This document shows positions 36,291 to 49,499 of a DNA stretch of 64,000 nucleotides, piece after piece (the stretch's first letter is position 1; each line of letters opens with the position of its first letter). The translations under genes were made by a program, and so were the position numbers. Source of the stretch: Mobula hypostoma (taxonomy: Eukaryota); NCBI RefSeq assembly GCF_963921235.1, contig NC_086097.1:156118001-156182000 (forward strand). Direction: 5' to 3'. The notes beneath the pieces are model-generated. The model saw nothing but the letters and a program-made list of their open reading frames with translations. It was not told where the DNA came from and made no database searches.

Positions 36291-36880
36291 ACCCTTGCTA
36301 ATCAAGAACCCATTAAACTCCACTTTAATTATACCCCAATGTGGCTTCCACAAAAGTCTGTGGTATTGAATCCCACAGAGTCACCACAATCAGGCTAAAG
36401 AAATTTCTTCTCTCTATGTTCTAAAGGGGCATATTTCTATTCTGAGCCTGCTCCCTCTAATCCTTGGTTCTCCCACCACTGGAAACTTCCTCTGGATATC
36501 CACTTTATCTAAACCTTTCAATATTTATGAAGTTTCAATGACATTCCACCTCATTCTTTTAAACTTGAGCGAGAAAAGGCCCTGAGCCATCAAACTTTGA
36601 CCCTTTCATTTACAGGTTCATTCTTTGTAAACCTCTTTAGATCTTCTCCAATGCCTGCTCATCCTTGCTTAAATATAGGATCCAAAATTTCTCATAATAC
36701 TCTAAATGTTCTCTGCCCAGTGCTTTACAAAGCCTCAGCATTAATTAATTCATAGCATATGCTAGTTCTCAAGAAATGAATGCCAATATTGCATTTGTCT
36801 TCTTTGCTATCGCCACAACCTGCAAGTTAATCCTAGTGCTTGGAACCCTGCACTAGGACTCCCAAGTTCCTTTGCACCTT
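36291..36880 (-). mobile_element. Old CR1 fragment; its tail lies at ~35345-35455 and is split off by the plus-strand CR1
   Basis: Minus-strand CR1 3' motifs (cagagtcaccac..ggctaaagaaattt). Confidence 0.7.
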
Positions 36881-37244
36881 GTTGTCCTGGGAGGTCTATG
36901 CAGGCCGGTAGCATGAGGGCTGGTCATGATTCCATAATTCAGAGTCCTGGGATCGATACCAGAATTTGAAGCTCGAAGGTTCAGTGAATCCAGAGCTCTA
37001 GCCATGTCATCTGTAAATTCAAGCTAGGGACTAGAGATTAAAGGTCTGGAAGCAGCCTACTCTGGTGTTGGAGGCCTCTGAGTGAGTGAGTGAATGTGGG
37101 TAGGTGGGAGGAAGGAAAGGATGCTTGTTTTGCTGTTGTTCTCGTTGTTTGTGTTGTTGGATGTACATGGCAGACGTGCTATGTAGAGTCAGTGGCAGCA
37201 CATTGTTAAGTTGTGTTGGTTGCTAATACAAATGGCACATCTTG

Positions 37245-39508
37245 TTATGTATTTAATACTTCAATAATATTTGAGTAAAATTGTAAGTATTTTGTTTAAT
37301 TAAGCATTGTTTGTTTGTTCAAATAATGCATTTCAGGTTTTAAGTAAAAGTATGTGAATGGCATACATCATTACACCACCACATCATAAGCATACACCTC
37401 TCCCCAAGACCAAAGAACATGTCACAGTTACAGTCTTTTTTAGGATTTGTAAATTACTGTAACAGGTTCCTGCCAAACTTGGCTATTATGCTTCATGTCA
37501 TTAACTTATTACTGCAGATTTGGAAGAATTAACAGTGGACAAAGAAGTGTGAGGTGGCTTTCAAAAAAGTAAAGGAAATGGTGACATCAGACACTGTACT
37601 TACACATTATGATCCACATTGTCTAGTGAAGCTTGCCTGTGATGCCTTCTCTTTTGGTATAGATGCAATCATGTCACATGTTATGAGTGGAGGAAGTGAA
37701 CGCCCCATGGCTCTTTCATCATGTTCCCTTACTACTGCAGACCTAAATTTCACACAAGTTTACAGAGAGGCCTGGAGTCTGGTTTGGTATGTAAAATGCT
37801 TCAACCAGTATCTGTATGGTATAGAGTTTACTGTTATTATTGGTCATCAACCGCTAGTGTCCATTTCAATCCACAGAGGAGTGTTCCACTAACCGCAGCA
37901 GAACAACTGCAGAGATTGGGTCTGTTCTTGGAGGACACAGGTTGAAGATCGAACTCAAGTGGTCAACTAATATTAGAAAGGCTAATAGTTGTCCTGTTTA
38001 CCTTTGGAAGAGGAAATACCTGAAAAATTTAAAAAAGAAGACACTCCTCCTGATGTATTCTCCCCGATGGAAATCTGAAGTCTCCCTTTTCTGGTAGAGC
38101 TGATCCAAAGGGCAATCAGAAAAGACCCCACACAGACTCAGTAATACACGGCCGCCAAAAATGGCTGGAATGTACAGCAGAACTTCCAGTTCCCCCATTT
38201 TACCAGTGCCAGGATGAACTTGCCTTTGATGGAGGTTGCCTTATGTAGGGATTGAAAGTTGTTGTATCATTCGAGCTGAGAGATGAAGTGTCGGAGGAAC
38301 AACATGTAGGTCTCCAAGGCGCAGTCAAAATTAAAACTTTGGCTCAAAGCTTTGTCTGGTGACCTGGGATAAACCAACAGGTAGATCAACTTGCCATGCA
38401 CTGTTTGTAATGCCAATATGTCCAGAAGATGCCAAGAGTAGCACCTCTCCATCTCTGGGAATAGCCTTCATTGCAGAGGTTTCATATAGTTTTTGCTGGA
38501 CTATTCATGGGCACCAATTTCTTGGTAGTAGTGGATGCAGCTATAAAGTGGTCAGAAGTGTTTCCACTAGCCTTCACTATAGCTGCACACATTTCTGATG
38601 TGTTGTGAAGCCGTTCCTTGAGGACTGGTGTTGCAGAACACTAGATCAGTGACAATGGATCACAGTTGTGTTGTGTTTCATTTTTAATTATTCCTGAAAA
38701 TGAATGGAATAAGACACATAACATCTGCACCATACCACTCAGCTACCAATGGCTTTGATGGAAAGGATCGTCCAGCATCTAAAGAACACACTGCAAGCAA
38801 CGTCACAGGAACATACAACACCGAACCAGAAGCTTACCAATTTTCTCTTCGCATATCTCAATGCAGCACACTCGACAACCAACAGCTATTCAGCTATACT
38901 GCTCCTCAGTTTTTCCCTGCTCTCATGCTTGGATCTCCTCAAACCCAATCTAAGGAGTATGCAGGACAAATAGCTGAAACAAATTGAGGGTTCCTCAAGC
39001 AAGGAAGTTCAATGTTTCACTCCTGGACTAGTAGTTCTGGTGAGGGACTATAGAGGTGATCAAAAGTGTGTACTTGGAAAGATTAAGATAGAATGCGACA
39101 GAAGAGATTTTGTCTGTTGACATCTGGAGATAACACGTAGATCAGTTGAGGAGAGTGGAGTGAATTGCTAGAGAAGAAAAGTGTCCAGAGCTATCTGAAT
39201 CACTCTCTGCAGTCCCAGAGACAACTCCAACAACCACCATGGAGGAGGCCCCAGAAGCTGAGATTGTTTCACAGCCACAAGTCCCTCTTGCCAAGCATTG
39301 TTACACCCCTTGTCAGGAAAGACACTATCCCACGAGAGTAAGAAATCCTCCGTATTGATTAGATCTTTAAAGTTGAATGGGACAATTTAAAGTTTACTAT
39401 GCTGTGGAAGTTTACATAGTAGGTATATTACATAGTATAATTTATAAAATTAATTTTGAGTTATATATTAAAGTACATGAATGGTCTACATCAGCATGCC
39501 ACCATATC
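37245..39508 (+). mobile_element. Degenerate Gypsy (Mag/K02A2.6-like) RNase H-integrase with LTR-like ends
   Basis: LTHYDP..VKLACDA; GIRHITSAPYHSATNG; FLFAYLNAAHSTT. Confidence 0.85.
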
Positions 39509-41262
39509 TATTATGGTGAAGTAGGTGTACAGGTTTGGTAAGTGAGACAGTGAAACAGAAGACACTGATTGCGAGCAAGCACAATTAACCATTTATTTAC
39601 AAACGGTAAACATTCGATCAAACATATTAGTCAAACAATTACTCATCTAAATCACCCTGTTTCGAAGATTATGACACTAATCACTCAGTAACATCTCCAA
39701 CTCAACATGTACTTCATTAAGTCTCCCCAAGCTACACAACTACAATACTAAGCATTCAACAGATATGTTTCTAAATATTCAACAGATAGAGGAGAGCCCA
39801 TGGGGTAAGTGTGCCCGTGGGTCCTTCTGTATCTACAGTGTCCTTTCCCAATGGTTCCTCAGCACTAGCCGTGACCTCAGTGTGAATGTGCACCCCTGGA
39901 GACAAAGGAAAAAGAGCAAGACTCTCACAAATTCTATTCCTATTATCCTGATGTGACTGGAACTAGAAACCAATACTGTGGTGCTTAAGGCAACTAATGA
40001 GAAAGAGCTGTGGCATCCCTCGAATGAACCACTTAACAACCAGTACAATGGAAGCAACTTTTGACTGGCAAATATATTAACCTTTCGCATTACAACCATC
40101 CCTGAAAAAATGTGACACCCCGACTATTTGGCCCTCAGACTAGAATGACCCTCTAAACTACATATAAAAAATAAAAGTACAATCTCCAGTACTATAAACC
40201 CAATTGTCAACTGCCAGTGCACTACAGTAGACCACTAACCTCCTTGCACCCAAAAGCTTTGGAACAGCCCCACCCCCCACACATAATTTTATCCACCAGC
40301 TATTGGATGTGATCAGCCTGGTGAGTGATGTTCCTCGACTCATCAGAAATCTAATTGCAGCATTCTTGACCGACAACAGCACAAGTGCCACCTTTCTATG
40401 CAAATAGGTGTTTTAAAAACATCTGTATCAGTTCTCAGGACAATTTGGCTATACCGTACTAAGAAAGGTTATCATCCAAACCCTTTCTGCCTTTGCGATA
40501 GTCAACATGGGCAGCCCGCTCATCCAGGGTGCTAACATACTCTAGATATCAGTATCTGTAACACGCCAAGAGGAACCACAGATAGGCCTCGGAGCTGCAT
40601 GTCCAATTAAGTGCCAGGGCGTGTCCAGGGAGTGCCCACCTTCACAGCACAATTTGTTGTAGACACAGTTGTCCCAAGATACTGTTCCTCCTCAAACACA
40701 CTGTATCCCACTGACTGGTTGGCCCTGTGCTTATCATACTGCCTCCAATAACTTTCCATTCCCATCTCTATCAGCTGGGGAATCACTTTTCAGAGTTGGG
40801 ACCTTTGAGTTAAATGAATTGTATGTAGAGAAATTTCAGCCCTTAAAGAACTTAATTTATCAGTGTTCAATAAGGCTTAATTTCCTTAAGTCTGCAACCA
40901 TACTATGGGGCAAGGTTAGCTGTGATGGACTACTCCCTCCTGGCTTCCTCCAAAACAGAGTGCCAAAACCTGAGAAGCTGAACAATTTCCTACAAAAGTC
41001 TTATTTGTTGTTATCGGTATTAACGGCATCACCTCAGTGACATGAAAAGTATCCTCCAAATAAAGAAACAAACCATAAATACCGAGAAAACAAATCCAGC
41101 AATCTGACAGGTTGGTCCTGTTTGCATATTCAAATGTTATCCACGTGGATGTGTTATAGAACCACCCACCACAGATCAGCATCATCACTATTGTTGCCAG
41201 CATCGACCACTTGGCCATTCTGTGATGAAAGGAAACATGCACTCATTCTCCCCTGGCTAATT
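39509..41262 (-). mobile_element. Endogenous retrovirus relic: gamma-type env plus 3' LTR
   Basis: ANRTNLSDCWIC (CWIC at 41090-41101); LFA*KGGTCAVVGQECC (CX6CC at 40357-40383) followed by DESRNIT. LTR at 39509-40094 is homologous to 25986-26507. Confidence 0.85.
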
Positions 41263-41269
41263 GATGCAT

Positions 41270-41468
41270 ATAGAAACAAAGAAACATAGAAAACCTACAG
41301 CACCATACAGGCCCTTTGGCCCAAAATGCTGTGCTGAACATGTACCTACTTTAGAAATTACCTAGGCTTACACATAGCCCTTTATTTTTCTAAGCTCCAT
41401 GTACCTATCCAGGAGTCTCATTAAAGACCCTTTTGTATCTGCCTCCAACACCGTTGCTGGCAGCCTAT
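41270..41468 (-). mobile_element. Short CR1 3' tail fragment
   Basis: aaacatagaaaacctacagcaccatacaggcccttt tail motif. Confidence 0.7.
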
Positions 41469-41469
41469 T

Positions 41470-43195
41470 CATAGAATAGTACAGCACAGTACAGGCCCTT
41501 CGGCCCACAATGTTGTGCTGACCCTCAAACCCTGCCTCAAATATAAGCCCCCAACTTAAATTCCTCCATATACCTGTCTAGTAGTCTCTTAAACTTCACG
41601 AGTGTAGCTGCCTCCACCACTGACTCAGGCAGTGCATTCCATGCACCAACCACTCTCTGAGTAAAAATCCTTCCTCTAGTATCCCCCTTGAACTTCCCAC
41701 CCCTTACCTTAAAGCCATGTCCTCTTGTATTGAGCAGTGGTGTCCTGGGGAAGAGGTGCTGGCTGTCCACTCTATCTATTCCTCTTATTATCTTGTACAT
41801 CTCTATCATGTCTCCTATCACCCTCCTTCTCTCCAAAGAGTAAAGCCCTAGCTCCCTTAATCTCTGATCATAATGCATACTCTCTAAACCAGGCAGCATC
41901 CTGGTAAATCTCCTCTGTATCCTTTCCAAAGCTTCCACATCCTTCCTATAGTGAGGTGACCAGAAATGGACACAATACTCCAAGTGTGGCCTAACCAGAG
42001 TTTTATAGAGCTGCATCATTACATTGCGACTCTTAAACTCTATCCCTCGACTTATGAAAGCTAACACCCCATAAGCTTACTTAATTACCCTATCCACCTG
42101 TGAGGCAACTTTCAGGGATCTGTGGACATGTACCCCGAGATCCCTCTGCTCCTCCACACTACCAAGTATCCTGCCATTTACTTTGTACTCTGCCTTGGAG
42201 TTTGTCCTTCCAAAGTGTACCACCTCACACTTCTCCGGGTTGAACTCCATCTGCCACTTCTCAGCCCACTTCTGCATCCTATCAATGTCTCTCTGCAATC
42301 TTTGACAATCCTCTACACTATCTACAACACCACCAACTTTTGTGTCATCTGCAAACTTGCCAACCCACCCTTCTACCCCCACATCCAGGTCGTTAATAAA
42401 AATCACGAAAAGTAGAGGCCGCAAAACAGATCCTTGTGGGACACCACTAGTCACAATCCTCCAATCTGAATGTACTCCCTCCACCACAACCCTCTGCCTT
42501 CTGCAGGCAAGCCAATTCTGAATCCACCTGGTCAAACTTCCCTGGATCCCATGCCTTCTGACTTTCTGAATAAGCTTACCATGTGGAACCTTTTCAAATG
42601 CCTTACTAAAATCCATATAGATCACATCCACTGCACTACCCTCATCTATATGCCTGGTCATCTCCTCAAAGAACTCTATCAGGCTTGTTAGACACGATCT
42701 GCCCTTCACAAAACCATGCTGACTGTCCCTGATCAGACCATGATTCTCTAAATGCGCAGAGATCCTATCTCTAAGAATCTTTTCCAACAGCTTTCCCACC
42801 ACAGACGTAAAGCTCACTGGTCTATAATTACCCAGACTATCCCTACTACCTCTTTTGTACAAGGGGACAACATTCGCCTCCCTCCAATCCTCCGGTACCA
42901 TTCCCGTGGACAACGAGGACATAAAGATCTTAGCCAGAGGCTCAGCAATCTCTTCACTCACCTCGTGGAGCAGCCTGGGGAATATTCCGTCAGGCCCTGG
43001 GGACTTATCCGTCCTAATGTATTTTAAGAACTCCAACACCTCCTCTCCCTTAATATCAACATGCTCCAGAACACTCATATTGTCCTCATCATCAAGTTCC
43101 CTCTCATTGGTGAATACCGAAGAGAAGTATTCATTGAGGACCTTGCTCACTTCCACAGCCTCCAGGCACATCTTCCCACCTTTATCTCTAATCGG
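41470..43195 (-). mobile_element. CR1 LINE, 5'-truncated ORF2 (RT), fairly well preserved
   Basis: ORFs 42077-43171 and 41537-42067: KSPGPDG, NYRPVS, DFSKAF, GVPQGSVL, FADDTK. Confidence 0.95.
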
Positions 43196-43327
43196 TCCAC
43201 TAACCGCAGCAGCACAAGTGTAGAGACTGGGTCTGTTTTTGTTTGAGATATGGCCAATTAATGTAGTGTCCTCAGCAAATTTAATTAGCAGATTGGAGCT
43301 GTGGGTGGCGATACAGTCATGAGTATA

Positions 43328-44947
43328 CGGGTTTCCCCCGCCATCCGAAGGTAGAGCATTCCTATGAAGCAGTTCGTAAGCCGGAAGAAGTAATTACCAT
43401 TAATTTATATGGGAAAAATTTGTGAGCATTCGCAGAACCAAAAATAACCTACCAAATCATGCCAAATAACACATAAAACCTAAAATAACAGTAACATATT
43501 GTAAAAGCAGGAATGATATGATGAATACACAGCTTATATAAAGTAGAAATACTTTTCCACAATCATTGCCGCACTGTTCTCCGTAGTGAAAATCTCACGC
43601 AAGCGCTCTCGGCAGAAACACGGCGCAAGCGCTCTCCAGTAACCTTTAAGCTATGGAGCTGCCAAATCATACAAAATAACAGGTAAAAATACACAGCCGA
43701 TATAAAGTAGAAATAATGTACGTACAGTGTAGTATCACTAACCGGAATTGGGACAGCGCCGACCGCACTGATGATGGTGTGTTAGGCTGAGTCATCGGAG
43801 TTTGGGGTAGTGCAGTGGCCCCCAACCTCCGGGCAGCGAGCCGATACCAGTCTGTGAAGAATGCAGCGGTCCAGCGGTAGCCAGGACGCACCCAGCACAT
43901 CTTTAAGAAAAAAGCTGAAACAAACAAGCTAATTAATTAGGTGCCACCTGGTACGTAAATGTCAGCTTAGATCAGTGGCGACACAATTGGCAATCGCCTC
44001 TGATCTGGGCTGACATTTACGTGCTGGGCGGCACCTAATTAATTAGCTTGTTTATTTTGTCTTTTTTTCTTAAAGATGTTCTGTTTGCGTCCTGGCTACC
44101 GTTGCATTCTTCGCGGATCGGTATCTGTCTGCAGCCCAGGGGTTGGGGTGGTGGGACACTGGGGTGTCATCTGTTTCCATCAGGGCAGGCAGGTCATCTT
44201 CTTCTATGTCTGCCTGCCTCGATGTTGAAGGTCGAGGTTCGTCGTCTGCTGTGGCTGATGTGGGAGGCTTGAAAAACGACAGTATGTTTGACTGCTTAGC
44301 CTTGCGCATTTTTCTATCATAGCGTTCTTTGTAAGCACTCAAGCCATCCTGCAAATATGCCCTAAACTGACGTACCCTTTCAAAATTAAAGTTGTACTTT
44401 ATCATTGCAGCGAAAATCTCACGCAGGTACTTCACGTTCAGTTCCTGGATGACTTCACTTTCGGTCTGTTCGCTACTGCATTCAGTTTCGATTGTTATCC
44501 TTTCCTCTTCCATTTGCATCAGCTCTTCACCTATCAGTCCTTGGTCATGAGATGACAAAATCTCTTCAACATCATCTTCGTCAACTTCCACAAGCCAAAC
44601 TCCCTTTGTCCTTACTTCGTTCACCACGATCGAAATGCTTAATTATGTCTGTTTTACACTAAGTGTAACACCCTTATGAGCTCTTTTAGGCTTTTCCGAT
44701 ACCTTAGAACTCATCTTGCAAACAGATGCTCACAGGCACTTGTTTAAGCAATGCCGGCTAGAATGCCGTTCCGACTCTGGGGGAGGAGCGGCTGCTTGGG
44801 GTGTGTGGCGCGCTGCCTTTTTTTGCACGCTGCCTTTTCTCATAACAGTGTAAAAACCTTCTGTTAGCAAAAACAGGTAACTAATGTAGGTATTTTGCAA
44901 CTGTGAGGTTTCGTAAAGCGAACGTTCGAAAACCGGGGGGGGACCTG
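43328..44947 (-). mobile_element. Internally deleted Tigger/pogo DNA transposon
   Basis: TA at both flanks; imperfect TIRs CGGGTTTCCCCCG / CAGGTCCCCCCC; N-terminal KRAHKGVTLSVK..IIKHFDRGE joined to C-terminal VDEDDVEEILSSH..QSNILSFFK. Confidence 0.85.
43813..44161. mobile_element. Long palindromic hAT-like MITE inside the Tigger element
   Basis: Imperfect ~350-bp inverted repeat; its left arm matches the MITE at 20359. Confidence 0.75.
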
Positions 44948-46079
44948 TACATGGAGTAAAGGAGGGGACTCAGTACGCAGCCCTGAGGGGCTCCGGTATT
45001 GAGAGTCAGAGGGGCAGAGGTGAGGGAGCCCACTCTTACAACTTGCTGGCGATCTGACAGGAAGTCCAGGATCCAGCTGCACAAGGCAGGGTCAAGGCCG
45101 AGGTCTCTGAGTTTCTTGTCGAGCCTGGATGGAACGATGGTGTTGAATGCTGAACTGTAGTCCAAGAACAACATTCTCACATAAGCATCCTTCTTCTCCA
45201 GATGTGTAAGGACGATATGTAGAGCGGTGGCCATTGCATTATCTGTCGATCAGTTGTGTCAGTAGACGAGTTGTAGGGGGTCCAGTTTGGGTGGTAGCGT
45301 GCTGCAGATGTAGTCCTTGACCAGCCTCTCAAAGCATTTGCTTATTATTGAGGTGAGTGCGACAGGACGCCAGCCGTTCAGACATGTTACCTTGGTTTTT
45401 GTTGGTACAGGGACAATGGTGGATAATTTGAAGCAGGAGGGCACTCTACACTGGGAGAGGGAGAGATTTACAAAGTCAGTAAACACACCTGCCAGTTGTG
45501 CTGCGCACATCCTGAATACTCGTCCTGGGATGCTGTCTGGTCCCACAGCCTTGTGACTGTCCACTCGTTGGAAACATCTGTGTACCTCAGCCTCAGAGAT
45601 GACCGGGTTACAGGTTGTAGCGGTGGCTTTCCTCGGAGGTTCAGAGTTAGCAACATCGAACCCAGCATAAAAGTGATTGAGCTCATCTGGGAGAGAGGCC
45701 ACGATGTTGGCAGCACCGCAGCGTTTTGCTTTGAAGTCTGCGATGGTATGCAGCCCTCGCCACAAGTCACGTCTGCTATTCGTTGTGAATCTTGACTCAA
45801 TCTTGTCCCTGTATTGTTGTTTTGCAGCCTTGATAGCTTTGCGCAGATCATAACTGTTTTTCTTGAGCTCTAGATGATCGCCAACGATGTAAGCTCGATG
45901 TCGCGCTATAAGTGCTGCTCGCATGGAACTGTTGATCCAGGGTGTCTGGTTCGGGAAGACGCTGACCGACTTCTGGGGGGGACAACATCATTGATGCACT
46001 TCCGGATGAAGCACGTGACTCCATCAGTGAACTTGAAGACTTGCTCATCATGGAAGACATTCCAGTCATTCAGTTTGTT

Positions 46080-47892
46080 CCAGTTTGTTCAGATAGTTGC
46101 AGGAATCCTCTGAAAGGAAAAAAAAAATGTTCTCCTTTTGGCAAACTAAGTTTAGAGGAGATTCATAGCTGAATACAAGATCCCACTAGTTTAAGCATTG
46201 CTTAAATAAGCTTATCATTCAGAAGTCTATTAATTTGATGTCAACTTTGAACTTGGAAGTTTTGCTCCTGGTCAGATAAATAATAGAGGCAATTCTGGTA
46301 ACAGAAAGGTTGCAAGAGAAGGTAATAAGGAAACACAATTGTGTACTGTAGGTGAAAATGAATGTGTTAGTATGCAGAAGAATTGAGATAGAGTGGGAAT
46401 CTGGCAACTTAAGACTGTCAGTAGTCTGTATTTATTCAGATCAGAAGGCTAACAGAGCAATCAATTTCTTAACAGAATATGGATGCAAGATCGAGAAGCA
46501 TCATGGTCTGATGATGAAACCATCACCAGTAATAGGACCAAACAGTTAGGGCAACGGAGCATAAAGAGATGATGTCGAGCACTTACTGTAACTGGGATTT
46601 CTTGAGGATGTCATTTATCACATCAGATCACTTACCCATAGTGAATCTGGTCTAATTTACATTAATATTGATGGATTGGTTGTGCCTACTAACTAAGAAG
46701 GTGATGTAGCTAAAAATCTGCTCTGTAGTTTCAATCTTTGAAAGAACTAGCTTTCATGGTACATCGTGAGATTGCAATGTTAATGAAAATAAGGAATAGT
46801 TAACCTAGGAAATAAAATTGTATCAAAACTATAAAATAAACCGGATGAAAGTTTGTAATTAGAACATTTTACTGATGATTACATTGTGTTATTACCAATC
46901 ATATCATCCTGCGCAAAATATATTCATCCACCTCATCATAATGCCACTATGGGAAAGACAGAATTCAAAATAAATGACTCAAAGTGTTCTGATTGAAAAT
47001 TCCCATTTGTTGTTGTAGATTATGGTTAGGATGTGTGTTAGCAAGGAATAATGTAGATTAATGAGACTGAGAGGCAGCTGCCAGGGAATGCGCCTACTTG
47101 ATTCCATGATATGAGGCCCGCTCTGCAATTCCCTCTTTATGTTACAAGAAACAAACACCTGCATGTTTTGTAAAAGCTTGCTGAGACACTCATGTGTGAA
47201 AGCTACCCTGCTATTGTCATTTAAAAAAATAAAACATTCCACTTCAGACAACATCCTGGTGAAAGTCCTCTCCAGTGAAATTACATCACTTTCTATGGTA
47301 TGATGACCAACACTGCACACCATAATATACCCAATGGACTAATCAGTATTTTATAAATCTGTACCATTCCTGCTTTACAATTCTATGTCCTGATTAATGA
47401 AGGTAAATATCTGGTATGACTTCTTCATCACTTTAGCTACCTGTTACCTATGTTTGGAACAAGAACAACAATGAGCAGCATGGTTAAACGTTTTAACTGA
47501 GTCATATTAGGCCATGTACACACTGAGAAACTTACAGTATAGGGTGGGACAAACTGGGCCCATGAAAACAAAAGCATGCACGTTCAAAAGTCCTCACAAA
47601 AAGAGACTGTCTTGAACGTGAAGTGTTCATCTTTCGCTCTGCTGCTGCATTTTGGTATTATCCTACTTATTACACCTTATCGACCATTCATTAAAGCAGT
47701 CATTCTAGGATTATGTCACTTAAAAACGTAAGAAATAGGAGCAGGAGTAGGCCCATCATTCAATAAGTTCATGGCTGATCTATCTGTAAACAGCTCCATC
47801 TTTTGCCAAAGTTACCACAGGCATTTGTGCTCCTTTTGGCACAGAAATGGTATAATGACACTGAAATCTACTGTGTATTGATAAACTCACCA
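46080..47892. repeat. Tandem array module B, copy 2
   Basis: Homologous to 33515-35335 and 52290-54128. Confidence 0.9.
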
Positions 47893-49010
47893 AACAAAAG
47901 GAACCCATGAATGGCCTAGCAAAGTCAATATGTACTCCTTGTCATGGTGTAATGGTGCCTGAGGGGTGAATTTTGAACTTTTTGGCATCCCAGACAGCTT
48001 TTGGCCAAGTCTTCAATCTGCTGATCTATTCCTGGCTACCACACTTAGCTCTGGACAAGGCTTTCTATATTGAAAGTACCCAGTTCTAATACTCTGGTGC
48101 GCAGTTTAGAAGGAAACACAACACTAGATCCACACATTAGCATTCTTTGACATGCCAACAGTTGGTCTTATTTCAGAGGGTTACCATGAGCTGGCCATCC
48201 TTGCATAGTGATTTCATAGACCTTTGACAATGGCAGGTCATTCCTTGTTTCCTTTTGTATCTTGGAATTTGTTCCCAGCAACTGGTCCACCAGTGTGTTG
48301 TGGAACAGTTCTGCTGGGTCACAGCATGAAGATTTTCTTCTTCAGATGCCAATAGTGAAAGACTTGACAAGCCATCTGTGTTGTTTAGTACCCTTGAACT
48401 CTATGTCATAACAGTGGCCTTGTAGGAATAGTGGTCAATGTTGTAACCAGCTAGCAGACGTCACTGGAATGCCCTTGCTGGGATTGAAAATGGAAACAAG
48501 AGGCTGGTGACCGGCCACTAGTGTAAACTTTTGTCTGCAGAGGTCATGATGGAACTTCCTTTTTCCCCATACTAGACTAAAGGTCTCTTGGTCAATCTGT
48601 GCATAGTTGCGCTCTGTAGTTGTCAGTGATCTTGAAGCAAATGCAATCGGGCGTTCAGATCCATCTTTCACAATATGTGACAAAATGGCTCCAATCCCCT
48701 AAGGGGGCGCATCACACGCCAGCCTGATGCGGAGAGGTGGGTCATAATAGGTGAGTGAGCAGTTCATCAGATGTTATTAGTCACCTTGTTTCCTTTAACG
48801 CTTTTTCACATCTTTCTGACCACCCCTCTTTGCTCCTGTCTGTAACAATGTGTTCAACGGATGCAGCACCGTAGTGAAGTTTGGGAGAAACAGTGGTAGT
48901 AGTTTACAAGGGCCAACTATGACCTGAGTTGAGACACATTTTCCAGTAGCACTGCCTCAATCTTCTCCTGTGACTTACGTAAGCCCTGCTTGTCAATGAC
49001 AGCCCAAATA
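47893..49010 (-). mobile_element. Gypsy (Mag-like) RNase H/integrase fragment
   Basis: DGSERPIAFASRSL..ERNYAQI; VHIDFARPFMG. Confidence 0.85.
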
Positions 49011-49365
49011 CTAGCACTTACCAGAGACTGGCACAGCTGCTTAATGCTCATGAGGAGGTGGTTCAGGAGGGGTTTGCTAAATTCAAAGGCGTGAAGGTCA
49101 AAATTGAACTGGATGAAACAGTAACACCAAGATTCCATAAAGCACGTCCAGTGCCTTACATCCTACGTCCTAAAGCAGATGCTGAACTGCAGAGCTTGGA
49201 GGCATCTGGAATTCTCTCCAAGGTTGAGTGGAGTGATTGGGCCATGCCCATTGTACCGGCAATCAAGAAAAGAAGACTGGAGCTGTTCACGTATGTGGGG
49301 ATTTCAAGGTGAGCATCAACCCGGTTCTGCATACAGTGCAATATCCCCTGACACGAATAGAAGAC
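49011..49365 (+). mobile_element. Gypsy (Mag-like) RT N-terminal fragment, inverted relative to its neighbour
   Basis: PRFHKARPVPY..SDWAMPIVP..GDFKVSINP. Confidence 0.85.
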
Positions 49366-49499
49366 ATAGAAACATAGAAACAGAGAAAAACCACAGCACA
49401 ATACAGGACCTTCAGCTCACAAAGCTGTACCAAACATGTCCTTACCTAAGAAATTACTAGGGTTACCCATAGGCCTCTATTTTTCCGCCTCCACCACCG

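Larger units (their letters stand above)
43225..46068 (-). mobile_element. Rex1/Babar-like LINE RT region, split by the Tigger element
   Basis: [50 protein letters not shown]; resumes at 43325 with ..KFAEDTT. Confidence 0.9.
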
